From a bacterium (GTDB lineage: Archaea; Thermoplasmatota; Thermoplasmata; Lutacidiplasmatales; UBA184), in contig DAIDCO010000003.1 of the NCBI GenBank assembly GCA_027309555.1, forward strand, positions 6,737 to 70,736: DNA of 64,000 nucleotides, written 5' to 3'. A model generated the notes under the pieces. The model was given only the letters and a program-made list of their open reading frames with translations, was not told where the DNA came from and ran no database searches. Each line of letters starts with the position of its first letter. Within the stretch, counting starts at the first letter, position 1. The translations under genes and the position numbers were made by a program. Shown here in pieces: positions 1 to 9,094 of the stretch.

Positions 1-81
1 CGGGAGCAGGTTCTGTGGTGCCGTCGAGCGATGGCCGAACGAAGGCAACGGGAGGGCGGGTAGTACGTTGCGCGTAGGCGG

Positions 82-301
82 GGCGTACGGACGGACGGGG
101 GCAAGGAGCAGGACGGGGGAAGCTCTACGCGGTACTGTCCGCGCGCGAAGGCGGGAGGGCCACCTACACCGACCCAACCGTACGTCCGTCCGTCCGTCCG
201 TACGCCGCTGGCCGCCCGCCTGCGCCGTCGTTCTCCTCGAGAAAGCCCGCGCAAGGCATACCGTTAGGGCGTACGCACCTGAACGAAGGCGTGCGTACGC
301 C
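82..301. repeat. Inverted repeats built on CGTACG palindromes (origin/recombination-site-like)
   Basis: Perfect 17-bp IR GGCGTACGGACGGACGG (82-98) / CCGTCCGTCCGTACGCC (190-206); perfect 11-bp IR GGCGTACGCAC (268-278) / GTGCGTACGCC (291-301); tandem GTCC repeats at 184-199. Confidence 0.85.
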
Positions 302-372
302 TGCGTCCACCTCCGGGATGGCGTCGGCGCCCCCCGGGGCTCGACCCGAGGCGTGTGGCCGGAGGGCTAGAG

Positions 373-1203
373 ATGGAGGGCACGAGCAGCGAACCCGACA
401 CCGGAGACGGCACGGTCGCCCGCGGCGCGATGCTGCACCGCGTAGGGGGACTGAGCTGGGCCGAAGCTGCTGCTCGGATCGGGTACGCGAGCGGTTCCCC
501 CGACCCGGGCGACGCGCTCCGGCAAGCGGTCCTCCGTCGGGAGAAGAAGGCTCGTCGGGCGGGGCCTGTGCAGGCCCCCGACGGGGAGGGTCCGCTCGGC
601 CCCACCATCGCAGTCCGGGGTGACGGTGCGGACGGCAGCGATTCGCGGCCCAACGGCGACGACCCGACGGGCGAGGCCGACGGCTCGGACTCGGGGCCAT
701 CTCGAGAGTCGCCCGCGGTCGGGTCCTCACCAGTGGCTGGACCCATGCTGGAACTTGCCCCATTCCGCGAGACCCTGGCACTTCACGCGGAGGAGCTCGC
801 CGAGGTGAGGCGGGCGCTGGAATCCGTAGGTCCTCTCGCGGACCGGGCGGTGCGCCTCGAAGGCGCCGTCGCGGGCCTGCGCCAAGACGTGCTCGCGGCG
901 ACCGAGCGGATTGACCGAATCGACGGCGCTGTCGAGACCCTTGCGGGCGAACTGGGAACCCTCCGGGACCAGCTCCTCCGCGCGCACGGCGCAATCAGCT
1001 CGCTTGAGATGCGCACCGCGGCGGTCGACGAGGGTTCGAGAAAGGTGCTCGCGGTCGCACAGGACCTCGCGAAGTCGGTAGCGGCGGAGCGTGAGGTGCG
1101 CGCGGCCGCCGTCCGCGACCACTTCGCTTGGCTCGTGGAAATCGAGGCGGACTTAGAGGCCGCCGGTCTCCGGCATGCGGCGACCTATCGGGGGATGCGG
1201 TGA
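373..1203 (+). CDS. Hypothetical protein, N-terminal HTH-like segment and C-terminal coiled coil
   Basis: GGAGG before ATG 373; GLSWAEAAARIGY resembles an HTH; heptad-rich C-terminal half; stop overlaps the next start (GTGA). Confidence 0.7.
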   Translation: MEGTSSEPDTGDGTVARGAMLHRVGGLSWAEAAARIGYASGSPDPGDALRQAVLRREKKARRAGPVQAPDGEGPLGPTIAVRGDGADGSDSRPNGDDPTGEADGSDSGPSRESPAVGSSPVAGPMLELAPFRETLALHAEELAEVRRALESVGPLADRAVRLEGAVAGLRQDVLAATERIDRIDGAVETLAGELGTLRDQLLRAHGAISSLEMRTAAVDEGSRKVLAVAQDLAKSVAAEREVRAAAVRDHFAWLVEIEADLEAAGLRHAATYRGMR

Positions 1204-1907
1204 GCGACCCGAACCGCGTCGCTCTCTACCTGCGAGTATCGACACGGGAGCAGTCCATCGACGGTCAAGAGCGGGAACTAAGGGAGGAGGCCGCCCGCCG
1301 CGGTTGGGTGGTCGCCGCAGTCTTCCGAGAGAAGGCCTCCGCGAGCGGCACCGTCCCCCGGACGGAGTACGACCGGCTCATGAGCGAAGCCAAGCCGGCT
1401 GCACGGCAGTGGTCGCACCTAATGGTCTGGAGTCTCGACCGCTTCAGCCGGGAGACCTTTACCAAGGCGGCTCAGTCGGTGCTCGACCTCGAGCGGCTTG
1501 GGATTCGCTTCCACTCCCTGAAAGAACCGGTCGTCGACACCCCTGAGGACGGGGTGCCGGCTTTCGGGCGAGACGCCATGCTCGCGCTTCTCCCCGTGAT
1601 CGCGAGTTTCGAGTCGCGGCGCCGGAGCGAGCGGGTCCGCCTAGCTCTTGCCGAGATTAAGGCGGGGCGACGCAAGGCGCGGGGGAAGCTCGGGCCGGCG
1701 TTCAAGGTCGACCTCCGGTCAATTCGAAGGGCCGAGGCCATGCGAAAACAGGGCAAGACGTGGAACGACGTGGCGCGGAGCCTCGGAATCAAGTGCGAAA
1801 CGATACGGAGTGCCACCTTCAAGGCGAAACACGGTCTCCGTGCGTTCCCGGAGGCCCTCGTTCCCGGAGTTCCCGGTCCCCCCGGAGGAGAGATATCGGT
1901 CCAATGA
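1200..1907 (+). CDS. Serine recombinase (resolvase/invertase family) with C-terminal HTH
   Basis: YLRVST catalytic motif, SLDRFSR, GIRFHSLKE, C-terminal GKTWNDVARSLGI HTH; GTG start overlaps the upstream stop. Confidence 0.95.
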   Translation: MSDPNRVALYLRVSTREQSIDGQERELREEAARRGWVVAAVFREKASASGTVPRTEYDRLMSEAKPAARQWSHLMVWSLDRFSRETFTKAAQSVLDLERLGIRFHSLKEPVVDTPEDGVPAFGRDAMLALLPVIASFESRRRSERVRLALAEIKAGRRKARGKLGPAFKVDLRSIRRAEAMRKQGKTWNDVARSLGIKCETIRSATFKAKHGLRAFPEALVPGVPGPPGGEISVQ

Positions 1908-2293
1908 GGTGGCCGAGGAAGCCTTCGGAACGCCCCGACCCTGAGCAGAGGGAGGCGATGGCGAAGGGTCGCCGCCTGGAATTTGGCGTGCGAACGGAGT
2001 ATTCCACCGACCGCCTCAAGACCGGGCCGGTTGTGCGACGGAAGAACCGTCCTTGGTGCAGCTGCGGTTGGGCGGGAGAGACTTACCTCAACTCGTCGTA
2101 CGGGCCCGAGGTTCTCATGGCCCACCTCAGGGGCGCGCACGCCATCCAACCGGAGGTGCCCAGGATTTGGCGGCGCGTCCTCGAGTTCTATGGGACCTAC
2201 GCCCCGCCTAGTGCTTCGGAATCAGAACCAGCCCAGGTGGGGGGGACTGATCGCCCCGGGGAATCCCACGCCGGAGATCCGTGCGAGCCATGA
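1904..2293 (+). CDS. Small putative zinc-finger protein
   Basis: ATGA coupling at both ends; CSCGW...HLRGAH motif. Confidence 0.6.
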   Translation: MRWPRKPSERPDPEQREAMAKGRRLEFGVRTEYSTDRLKTGPVVRRKNRPWCSCGWAGETYLNSSYGPEVLMAHLRGAHAIQPEVPRIWRRVLEFYGTYAPPSASESEPAQVGGTDRPGESHAGDPCEP

Positions 2294-2994
2294 GGCGTTT
2301 CTCGACGCGAAAGCGACCCGTTAGGAACGCTCCTTCCGGACCCTGGTCCCTTCTCAGGGGCGAGCTTCTATCGCGCTTCGAGGCGCTCGGCGCGGTTCGG
2401 CCCCGGGCCAGAGCGCGCAGAGCGCGCCGTCGGCTCCGTATCTCGCGGTCAGATCCCCGTAAGCAGCGCCGACCAGGGAGAGCCCGAGCGCACGCGCGCA
2501 GCCGCCAGAGAGCGGTAGCTGCTCCGGGTGCCGCTCCACGTGGCGAGCGCCCGTGGCGAACGATCGACCCATGCTGGCTATGCGTCTGGGCTGAGGGTCA
2601 CTCGGTGCCGTCGCTTCGAGGTCACGTTTTCCGGCATCACGGGAGAGCGGTCTGGAACTCCCGCCCCACGAAGAAGGACCGGCTCGCGCTCGCCCTGAAG
2701 CTGCGCGCGCCGAAGCCGAAGAAGGCGGGGCCCCAGCGCTCTGCGCAGCCGCCCGGCCCGTTCCTGCCTACCCCGAACCCCCCTCCGAGGAGCGCCGAGA
2801 CGCCCGCGATGGACCGGCGGCCCGGTGTTACTGGCGGCGGGCGCGGGCCGTCGCGGGGGAGCGCGCCCGTCGCGGCTTGCACGCGGTGCGACTTTGAGGC
2901 ACGTAACATGGCTGAGCTGACGTCACACGTCGCCGAGGCGCACGCGAGACCCGGCGATCGAGAGTCGGCACCCGACAACATCGAGCTAGCTTGA
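2290..2994 (+). CDS. Basic protein with two C2H2-type zinc fingers
   Basis: CWLC...HVFRHH and CTRC...HVAEAH; ATGA overlap with the upstream ORF. Confidence 0.65.
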   Translation: MRRFSTRKRPVRNAPSGPWSLLRGELLSRFEALGAVRPRARARRARRRLRISRSDPRKQRRPGRARAHARSRQRAVAAPGAAPRGERPWRTIDPCWLCVWAEGHSVPSLRGHVFRHHGRAVWNSRPTKKDRLALALKLRAPKPKKAGPQRSAQPPGPFLPTPNPPPRSAETPAMDRRPGVTGGGRGPSRGSAPVAACTRCDFEARNMAELTSHVAEAHARPGDRESAPDNIELA

Positions 2995-3035
2995 GATCCC
3001 CCCCCGCGTAAAAGGGCGCGGGCGCATGGAAGTAC

Positions 3036-3347
3036 GTGGCTAATCCCTCAGTGACGATTGAACTCAGCCCCGAATCGGCCCTCGTGATCGCGCGCGGCGG
3101 TAAATCCGCCGTCGATGAGCGGGCCCGTAGAAAGCTCGTCGAGGCTGAAGTCGAGCCGGACGAAATCGAGCGCATCCGCGCAGATCCGGTCTATGTGACC
3201 TCGTGCGAGAAGGGGGCCGTCCTCGTAAAACAACGCATGGCGAGTCGGCGTGGCTTGCCACGTAATCTCACGATCGAGTTCTCCGACCCGCGGCGCAAGC
3301 CGCCGACCGACGAGTCCCCGAAGGCGGCCCCCCCGCCCCGAACCTGA
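3036..3347 (+). CDS. Hypothetical protein
   Basis: Plausible globular composition in a co-directional gene run. Confidence 0.55.
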   Translation: MANPSVTIELSPESALVIARGGKSAVDERARRKLVEAEVEPDEIERIRADPVYVTSCEKGAVLVKQRMASRRGLPRNLTIEFSDPRRKPPTDESPKAAPPPRT

Positions 3348-3357
3348 GGGCGGCGCC

Positions 3358-3594
3358 GTGCTGGGGGCCGTTCTCTTCGCCCTCTTGGCAACGAGCCTCG
3401 AAATCGCCCTGGGCCTCCTCGGTGCGCCCACCGCTCTCGTGATCGTTGTCGGTCTCGCGCTCGTCGCCACCGGGGTCCTCTTCGTGTCGTGGCACCCGCT
3501 CGCCGTCGCGGCGTCCTGCGGTCTCTACCTGCTTGCGGTCCTCGCAGGCCTCGTCGCCTTTTCGCTCCTCGGGCTCGCGTTGCAAGCCTTCTAA
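3358..3594 (+). CDS. Small hydrophobic membrane protein (about 3 TM)
   Basis: GAGG before GTG 3358; almost entirely hydrophobic 78 aa. Confidence 0.65.
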   Translation: MLGAVLFALLATSLEIALGLLGAPTALVIVVGLALVATGVLFVSWHPLAVAASCGLYLLAVLAGLVAFSLLGLALQAF

Positions 3595-3622
3595 AAAAGG
3601 AGGGCGGCCCTCGGGCCGCCCC
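3593..3622 (-). terminator. Hairpin plus U-tract terminator for the 3639-4283 gene
   Basis: Minus strand GGGCGGCC-CGAG-GGCCGCCC-TCC-TTTTTT, just past the stop codon. Confidence 0.75.
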
Positions 3623-3638
3623 GGAATGGGTTGCGTCG

Positions 3639-4283
3639 TCAGGCGAGAGTCACCGTCAGCGTCGTGATACTCGTCGGGGCACTGGGCCCGTAGTCGACGT
3701 AGAGGTAGACCGTCGGATTCGTCCCGGCGGCTCCGGCGGCCACGGTCAGAGTTGCGGCGTTCGTCTGGGTCCCGCTCGCCCCCGACCACGTGGTTACGAT
3801 CGAGACCGAGATCGTCGCGGCGGTGAGCGTGGCCGCCGTCGTGAACGTCCACAGCTCACTGAAATCACCCGTCGCGCAGGCCGTGCCGCCCGTCGTGCCA
3901 CTCAGGAAAACGGCGGCGGCGCCATTCGTGAGCGAGCTGCCGGGAACGGCCACGGCGCTGCTCGTGCACGACGCGACATTCGCACTGTTCCACTGCGGGA
4001 CGGCCACGGCGGATAGCGTCGGGGCGGTCGGCAGATCGGTTTCGGTGACGCCGTTACCGGTGTAGGTCACCGGATTCTGTTGGTTCACGACGGTGCCGGA
4101 CCCGCTATAGACCATCGCCGCGGCGAACCCCACGGTAATGCCGACGACCAAGAGCCCCGCGAGGAGGCTGATTGCCGTTCGTCGACTGACCCCGCGTCCG
4201 CGACGGGCTGCCCGGATATACCCCCGGGTTGGGTCGTTTGTCTCAGGTCGTCTCGCCTCGTTCGTTTCGGTAGTTGGTCTCAT
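3639..4283 (-). CDS. Secreted Thr/Ala/Ser-rich beta protein, putative filament/pilin-like subunit
   Basis: Basic N-region, hydrophobic signal ending in GFAAA, one Cys pair, C-terminal YLYVDYG..ITTLTVTLA strands; own terminator. Confidence 0.7.
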   Translation of the reverse strand: MRPTTETNEARRPETNDPTRGYIRAARRGRGVSRRTAISLLAGLLVVGITVGFAAAMVYSGSGTVVNQQNPVTYTGNGVTETDLPTAPTLSAVAVPQWNSANVASCTSSAVAVPGSSLTNGAAAVFLSGTTGGTACATGDFSELWTFTTAATLTAATISVSIVTTWSGASGTQTNAATLTVAAGAAGTNPTVYLYVDYGPSAPTSITTLTVTLA

Positions 4284-4316
4284 TTTCGCTTCCCCTAGGC
4301 GCGAAAGTGTTGGGTT

Positions 4317-4646
4317 CTAGGGCGAGTTCAAAGCGAACGCTTGCGCACCACCTCCTCTCTCGGCTCGTGTCCCCGGCGAGAGCCGCCCTCGGCTCGGGTC
4401 CTCGCGGAGAATCAGGGCAGCGAGCTGGACGAGCGCGGCCTCGGACGGCGGTCGCGCTCCGCGCGACGCGATGAATCGGTCGACGAAGGCGAAGAGCTCC
4501 TTCGAAGGGACCTCGAGAAGTGCGACCGAGTGCCGCTCGAGCACCGCGACGTAGGTCCGGCCGAACCCGTGACGGATCCTCGCGAAGGCCTCGCGCTCGA
4601 GGTCGGCGAGGATCCCGAGCGCTGCGGCCTTTGGGTCCTCCTTCAT
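4317..4646 (-). CDS. Hypothetical protein (MKEDPKAAALG...)
   Basis: GGAGG then ATGA overlap with the upstream stop; helical composition. Confidence 0.6.
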   Translation of the reverse strand: MKEDPKAAALGILADLEREAFARIRHGFGRTYVAVLERHSVALLEVPSKELFAFVDRFIASRGARPPSEAALVQLAALILREDPSRGRLSPGTRAERGGGAQAFALNSP

Positions 4647-5374
4647 GAGGCGCCTCCGGGAGTCGAATCCCCGGCCGGCGGGGGGACCGGCCGGGGCCCC
4701 CCGGCCGCTCGCCCTTGCGGACGGTGCCGACGAGTGCCGAGGAGGGTGAGGACCGGGAACTCGAGGAGACCTCCCTCGACCGCCCGGAGGAGATGGAGAG
4801 CGAACGGTCGGTCGAGGAGACGGAATCGGATCGTCTCCTTCCGGACGTACATGTCCAGGAGCGCCGGGGCGCGGCAGTACCTCGAGTCGACAGCGACGTA
4901 TGGTTCCCCCTCCCACAGGACGAGGACGCCCCCCTTCGGGGTCCCGGCCGCCCTGCTCCGGTCGAGACCGTCAACGAGCAGATGGGGCAGGTAATCGGGC
5001 CGGGCCGGGATCCCGGTTCGGGGACCGGCCGCGAGACGACGACGGATTGAGAGCTCGACCGGTAACCGGAACGAGAGGAGAGCGACGGCCAGGACCAGCG
5101 AGGCCCCGACCCCCGCCGGCGGCAGGACCCCACCTCCTGCCAAGGGAACCCACGCGGCGAAAAGATAGAAACCGAGAACGAGGAAAGCCGCCGCGCCGAC
5201 CTCCAGCGCCGACCTCGCGAGCAGCAAGTAGAAACCGGCCAACCGGGGTGCCAACACGGAGGCGGTCCCGGAGACTCCGTCCCATTCCTTGACCAGCGAG
5301 AGAATAACACACCGGTCGCACGAGGCGTTCGGTGCCTTCGGTCGACCACAGAAGGCACACCCGGACGCGCTCAT
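4643..5374 (-). CDS. Membrane protein with N-terminal CxxC..CxxC zinc ribbon and 2 TM helices
   Basis: CAFC...CDRC, two hydrophobic segments; coupled to neighbours by ATGA overlaps. Confidence 0.65.
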   Translation of the reverse strand: MSASGCAFCGRPKAPNASCDRCVILSLVKEWDGVSGTASVLAPRLAGFYLLLARSALEVGAAAFLVLGFYLFAAWVPLAGGGVLPPAGVGASLVLAVALLSFRLPVELSIRRRLAAGPRTGIPARPDYLPHLLVDGLDRSRAAGTPKGGVLVLWEGEPYVAVDSRYCRAPALLDMYVRKETIRFRLLDRPFALHLLRAVEGGLLEFPVLTLLGTRRHRPQGRAAGGPRPVPPPAGDSTPGGAS

Positions 5375-5538
5375 TGAATCTCGAGCAGGGCAGGCGGAGG
5401 AAGGCGAACGAGGGGAGCGGGCCGAGGTCGGCAGCGCGAGCACCCCTCGAACTCGGCGAACGAGTCGAAGGAGCCACAGAGCGGGCACTCCGAGAGAGAA
5501 AGCCGGACCGTTGCCCCGGGGGGCCCGACCCGGGTCAC
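5371..5538 (-). CDS. 55-aa zinc-ribbon microprotein (not in ORF track)
   Basis: Read by hand: VTRVGPPGATVRLSLSECPLCGSFDSFAEFEGCSRCRPRP...LLEIQ; GTGA and ATGA overlaps at both ends. Confidence 0.6.
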   Translation of the reverse strand: MTRVGPPGATVRLSLSECPLCGSFDSFAEFEGCSRCRPRPAPLVRLPPPALLEIQ

Positions 5539-5657
5539 AGCCGCTCCCGGAACGTCAGGGCCCTACCGCCCAGGATGGGGAAGGAATCGAGCAGGAGCAG
5601 CTTCGCAAGGTCGGGTCGGGGCGTCGCCGCTCCGTCCCCCCGCACGGGGACACTCAT
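5535..5657 (-). CDS. 40-aa microprotein (not in ORF track)
   Basis: Read by hand: MSVPVRGDGAATPRPDLAKLLLLDSFPILGGRALTFRERL; ATG about 25 nt from an AT-rich TATA-like box; stop overlaps the next start. Confidence 0.45.
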   Translation of the reverse strand: MSVPVRGDGAATPRPDLAKLLLLDSFPILGGRALTFRERL

Positions 5658-5680
5658 ACCTGGCCGCACGCAGTTCCGAT

Positions 5681-5779
5681 ATATTTACCCTTTCGTTTAC
5701 CCTCTCCTGTCGGCGGCTGTCCAACTTTCCCCGATGACTAGGCTTGACTTAATTTACCCTCTACCCTATCCTCTTAATC
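5681..5779. promoter_or_regulatory. Divergent promoter region with repeated TTTACCCT boxes
   Basis: TTTACCCT at 5684, 5696 and 5753, plus TACCCT at 5762, between divergent genes. Confidence 0.65.
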
Positions 5780-5989
5780 GTGGCGCGTAACTCCCCGCGC
5801 GTGGCGGTTCACGTCTTCAGGTCGAAAGTTTACCGAGTGGCACTCAAGAGCGGGAGCGCTACGTACCGGGTGACGCTCCCCGCACCCCTGGTGGTAGTCA
5901 TGGATCTCTCCGGGGGGGACGAGATCCAGTGGACGTACGACGCGTCGACCCGGCAGATTCAGGTGGGAAAGGCGAAGCGCGGGAAGTAG
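5780..5989 (+). CDS. AbrB/MazE/SpoVT-family DNA-binding protein
   Basis: SKVYRV..GSATYRVTLPAPLV..MDLSGGDEIQW swapped-hairpin pattern. Confidence 0.8.
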   Translation: MARNSPRVAVHVFRSKVYRVALKSGSATYRVTLPAPLVVVMDLSGGDEIQWTYDASTRQIQVGKAKRGK

Positions 5990-6022
5990 GTCTCGGTACC
6001 GATGCTCATACGCCCGGGGGCG

Positions 6023-6670
6023 TTAAGCATGTCCGTGTTCGAACTCCTCCACCGCCTGACGGAAAGCGCGCATCTTCGCGAGGTCCTTCACTCCCGGCGC
6101 GCTCTCGATTCCCGACGAGACGTCGACCCCCCACGGGTTCACGGTGGCGAGCGCCTCCCCGACGTTCTCCGGCGAGAGACCGCCCGCGAGCACGAACTTG
6201 CGGCCGGGGTGGGCGTCCACGATACGGGCACAGACCTCCCAGTCGGGGCGTACGCCGCTGCCCCCGGGCAACGGCTGGCCGGCGGCATCGAGATGGACCC
6301 GCGGGTAGTCCTCCGCCGGCGGAATGCGGGCCTCGGAGGTCGCCGCGCCGGGCGCCGCGACCGGCACCGACGGCACGAGATGGTGCACCTCGAGGAACTC
6401 GAGGCCCGCCGGGACCTCTCCGTAGACCTGGACCCGGTCGACCCCCACCTCATCGAAGAGGCGGTGGATGAGCTCCGCGGACGGCGAGACCACGACCGCC
6501 CACGCCTCGGCCTCGCTCGGCACCTCCGCGATCAGCCCCGCCGCTTTCTCGAGGGTAAGGTTCCGGGGCGAAGCCGGGACGTCGATCACGAACCCGGCGG
6601 CCCCTCCCGCCGGAACCTCGGCGAGGTGGGCCGGATCGGTGAGCCCGCAGAACTTCACGAACGTCGTCAT
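6023..6670 (-). CDS. trpF: Phosphoribosylanthranilate isomerase
   Basis: VKFCGLT, LAGGLSPENV, GVDVSSGIE motifs. Confidence 0.95.
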   Translation of the reverse strand: MTTFVKFCGLTDPAHLAEVPAGGAAGFVIDVPASPRNLTLEKAAGLIAEVPSEAEAWAVVVSPSAELIHRLFDEVGVDRVQVYGEVPAGLEFLEVHHLVPSVPVAAPGAATSEARIPPAEDYPRVHLDAAGQPLPGGSGVRPDWEVCARIVDAHPGRKFVLAGGLSPENVGEALATVNPWGVDVSSGIESAPGVKDLAKMRAFRQAVEEFEHGHA

Positions 6671-7476
6671 GCGGGGCCCTCTTCCCGGGAACGGCGCGCA
6701 AGGGAGGCCAGGAACTGCACGGGCGCTCGCGCCCGGGCGAGCCCGCTACCCACGAGGATCCCGTCGACCCCCGCCTGCCAGAACGCGTCGGCCTCGCGAG
6801 GACCCTCTACGCCGCTGAGCCCGAGGAGCGGGTGGAGGCCCAGGGAACGTGCGGCGGCGATCGTCCGCGCGGCGGTCGATCGGTCGAGGGCCAGGGTGTC
6901 CAGGTCTCGGACGTTCACACCGTACATGTCGGCCGCCACCTGCCCGACCACACTTAATTCTGCCCTATCGTGGAACTCGAGCAGTACCTCGAGGCCCGCG
7001 ACGTGCGCGAGCTCGGCGAGCTCTGGGAGAGGCCTCGGGATCCGCCCCTCCGTACCGAGCCGGGCGATCAGCAGGATCGCGCTCGCGCCGGCGCGGCGCG
7101 CGGCCTCGACCTGGACCGGGTCGACCAGGAAATCCTTGAACAGTACGGGCGCGGACGTCGCCGCCGCGAGCGCTGCGACGTCCCGAGGGCTGCCCTCGAA
7201 GCGGGGGCGTGCCGCGAGGCAGGAGTACCCGGTGACGTCGGCCGATCGCGTCACATCGACGAACTCCCGGATGCTGCGCGCCGGGAGGCGGGGGTCGGCT
7301 TGGCCGGGAGAGACTCGCTTGTATTCGACCAAAAGCCCGCCGCGCGAGCGGTCCCGGTCGAGCGCCTTACGGAGGCTCGGGCGCGCCGTTAGCCGCTCCG
7401 AAGGGAGGCCGGAAAGGTACTCGGGCGACCGGACGGCCGCGACCGTCTCCCGGACGATCTCAACGAGAAAGCCCAT
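6667..7476 (-). CDS. trpC: Indole-3-glycerol phosphate synthase
   Basis: VEYKRVSP, PVLFKDF, GASAILLI, GVNVRDL; start refined to MGFLVEIV. Confidence 0.92.
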   Translation of the reverse strand: MGFLVEIVRETVAAVRSPEYLSGLPSERLTARPSLRKALDRDRSRGGLLVEYKRVSPGQADPRLPARSIREFVDVTRSADVTGYSCLAARPRFEGSPRDVAALAAATSAPVLFKDFLVDPVQVEAARRAGASAILLIARLGTEGRIPRPLPELAELAHVAGLEVLLEFHDRAELSVVGQVAADMYGVNVRDLDTLALDRSTAARTIAAARSLGLHPLLGLSGVEGPREADAFWQAGVDGILVGSGLARARAPVQFLASLARRSREEGPA

Positions 7477-7478
7477 GC

Positions 7479-8516
7479 TCAGGGCCTCCCGGGACCACGA
7501 CGCTCGCGGGCGATCGCGAGGACCGACGCAAATCGCTCCTCGGCGCGGCCGTCGTCGAGCGCCTCTCGCGCGCGCTCGACGCCGAGGGCGAGCGACGCGG
7601 CCGCTCCGGATCTCCAGATCGCCGCGCCGCTCGTGAGCAGCACCGAGCCACGTCGAGCGCCTCCGCCCCCGGCCAAGAGGCGTCGGGCCTCCTCGGCGGC
7701 CGCCGGCGGAGGTAACGGACCCCAGTCGCCGCGCCGGTCCTCGGTCGGCAACAGTTCCTTCGCACGGACCCGGATCGTCCGCGTGCCGTCCGCGTCCCAG
7801 ACGACCGCCGTGGTCGTACCGCGCGGAGAGAACTCGTCGCATCCCTCGCTCGAGGTCATGGCGAGGCCGCGGCGGACCCCGAGACGGCTGAGCGCGGCCG
7901 CCACCCGGTGCGCCGACTCGACGCTCGGCACCCCCACGACCTGGAACGGAACCGCCGCCGGATTGGAGAGCGGACCGAGCCGGTTGAACAAGGTCGGGAT
8001 CCCGATGAGCCGGCGCGCCTCCGCCACGGCGCGGGCTGCCGGGTGGAACAGCGGCGCGTGCAGGAACGCGAGGCGACAGCGCTCGTACGACGCGTGGGCG
8101 AACCCGACGTCCGTCGTCACGGGGAGGCCGAGCGCTTCGAGGAGGTCGCTCGACCCGCACGGCCCCCGAGCGCTTCGGTTCCCGTGTTTCACGACGGGGA
8201 CGCCGGCCGCCGCGACCACGAACGCGCTCACCGTGGAGATGTTGTACGACGGGCGCGGAGCGCCGCCCGACCCGCAAAGGTCGACCGGTCGGTCGCCGGC
8301 CGGCAGGGGGAACGGGCGCGCCCGGCGCCGCATCTCGAGCGCGAACGCCGCGAGCTCGTTCGCGTCCACGTCGCGCGCCGCGAGCGCCACGAGGATCGCG
8401 GCCCGCTCGGCGTCCGTGGCCGTCGGGGCGAGGAGGGCGTCGAACGTCGCGCCGGCCGCGCGACGTGAGAGCGGGGTAGCGTCGAGCAGCCGAGCGAGCG
8501 TCTCCGGGGTGGTCAT
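7479..8516 (-). CDS. trpD: Anthranilate phosphoribosyltransferase
   Basis: DLCGSGG, NISTVSA, KHGNRS..GSSDLLEALG, FNRLGPLSNP. Confidence 0.96.
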   Translation of the reverse strand: MTTPETLARLLDATPLSRRAAGATFDALLAPTATDAERAAILVALAARDVDANELAAFALEMRRRARPFPLPAGDRPVDLCGSGGAPRPSYNISTVSAFVVAAAGVPVVKHGNRSARGPCGSSDLLEALGLPVTTDVGFAHASYERCRLAFLHAPLFHPAARAVAEARRLIGIPTLFNRLGPLSNPAAVPFQVVGVPSVESAHRVAAALSRLGVRRGLAMTSSEGCDEFSPRGTTTAVVWDADGTRTIRVRAKELLPTEDRRGDWGPLPPPAAAEEARRLLAGGGGARRGSVLLTSGAAIWRSGAAASLALGVERAREALDDGRAEERFASVLAIARERRGPGRP

Positions 8517-9094
8517 CTCCGCACCTCCTCGAGGAAGTTCCGCAACAGGGCGGGTCCGTGACGCGTGAGGTAGGACTCCGGGTGGAACTGGACCGATTCC
8601 ACGGGGCGGGTGCGGTGGCGCAGGGCCATGACGGTCCCCTCCGGGCCCCGGGCCGAAACCTCGAGCCCGCGCGGGACGGTCGAGGGCCGGACGACGAGCG
8701 AATGATATCGGGCGGCCGACATCGGGGAGGGTATCCCCTCGAAGATCCCCCGCCCGTCATGGAGGACCTCCGAGAGCTCGCCGTGGACCGGCTCCGGCGC
8801 GCGACCGACCATTGCCCCGTAGTGCTCCCCAATGAGCTGGTGGCCCAGGCAGACGCCGAGGAACGGCCGTTCGGTGTCCCAGCGGGCGAGGAGAGCGCGG
8901 GAGAGTCCCGTCACTCGTCGATCGCGCGGATGCCCCGGGCCCGGCGAAAGGACGACCGCGTCCGGGTCCGCCGCGATCGCCCGGCGCAGCGGCTCGGTGG
9001 CCCGTAGGCAGCGGACCGTCGCGCCGTGCGCCGCGAGCGCCTGCTCGATATTGTGCACGAACGAGTCCTCGTGGTCGATGAGAAGGATCTTCAC
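8513..9094 (-). CDS. trpG: Anthranilate synthase component II (glutamine amidotransferase)
   Basis: IDHEDSFVHN, SPGPGHP, LGVCLGHQ, RYHSL, QFHPES. Confidence 0.95.
   Translation of the reverse strand: MKILLIDHEDSFVHNIEQALAAHGATVRCLRATEPLRRAIAADPDAVVLSPGPGHPRDRRVTGLSRALLARWDTERPFLGVCLGHQLIGEHYGAMVGRAPEPVHGELSEVLHDGRGIFEGIPSPMSAARYHSLVVRPSTVPRGLEVSARGPEGTVMALRHRTRPVESVQFHPESYLTRHGPALLRNFLEEVRR

Larger units (their letters stand above)
1..5995. mobile_element. Right part of an integrated mobile element (plasmid/provirus-like), truncated by the window start
   Basis: Serine recombinase, many small overlapping orphan/Zn-finger/HTH ORFs, AbrB-like regulator and repeat-rich non-coding DNA; abuts the 3' end of trpF. 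Exact boundary not identified. Confidence 0.75.
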
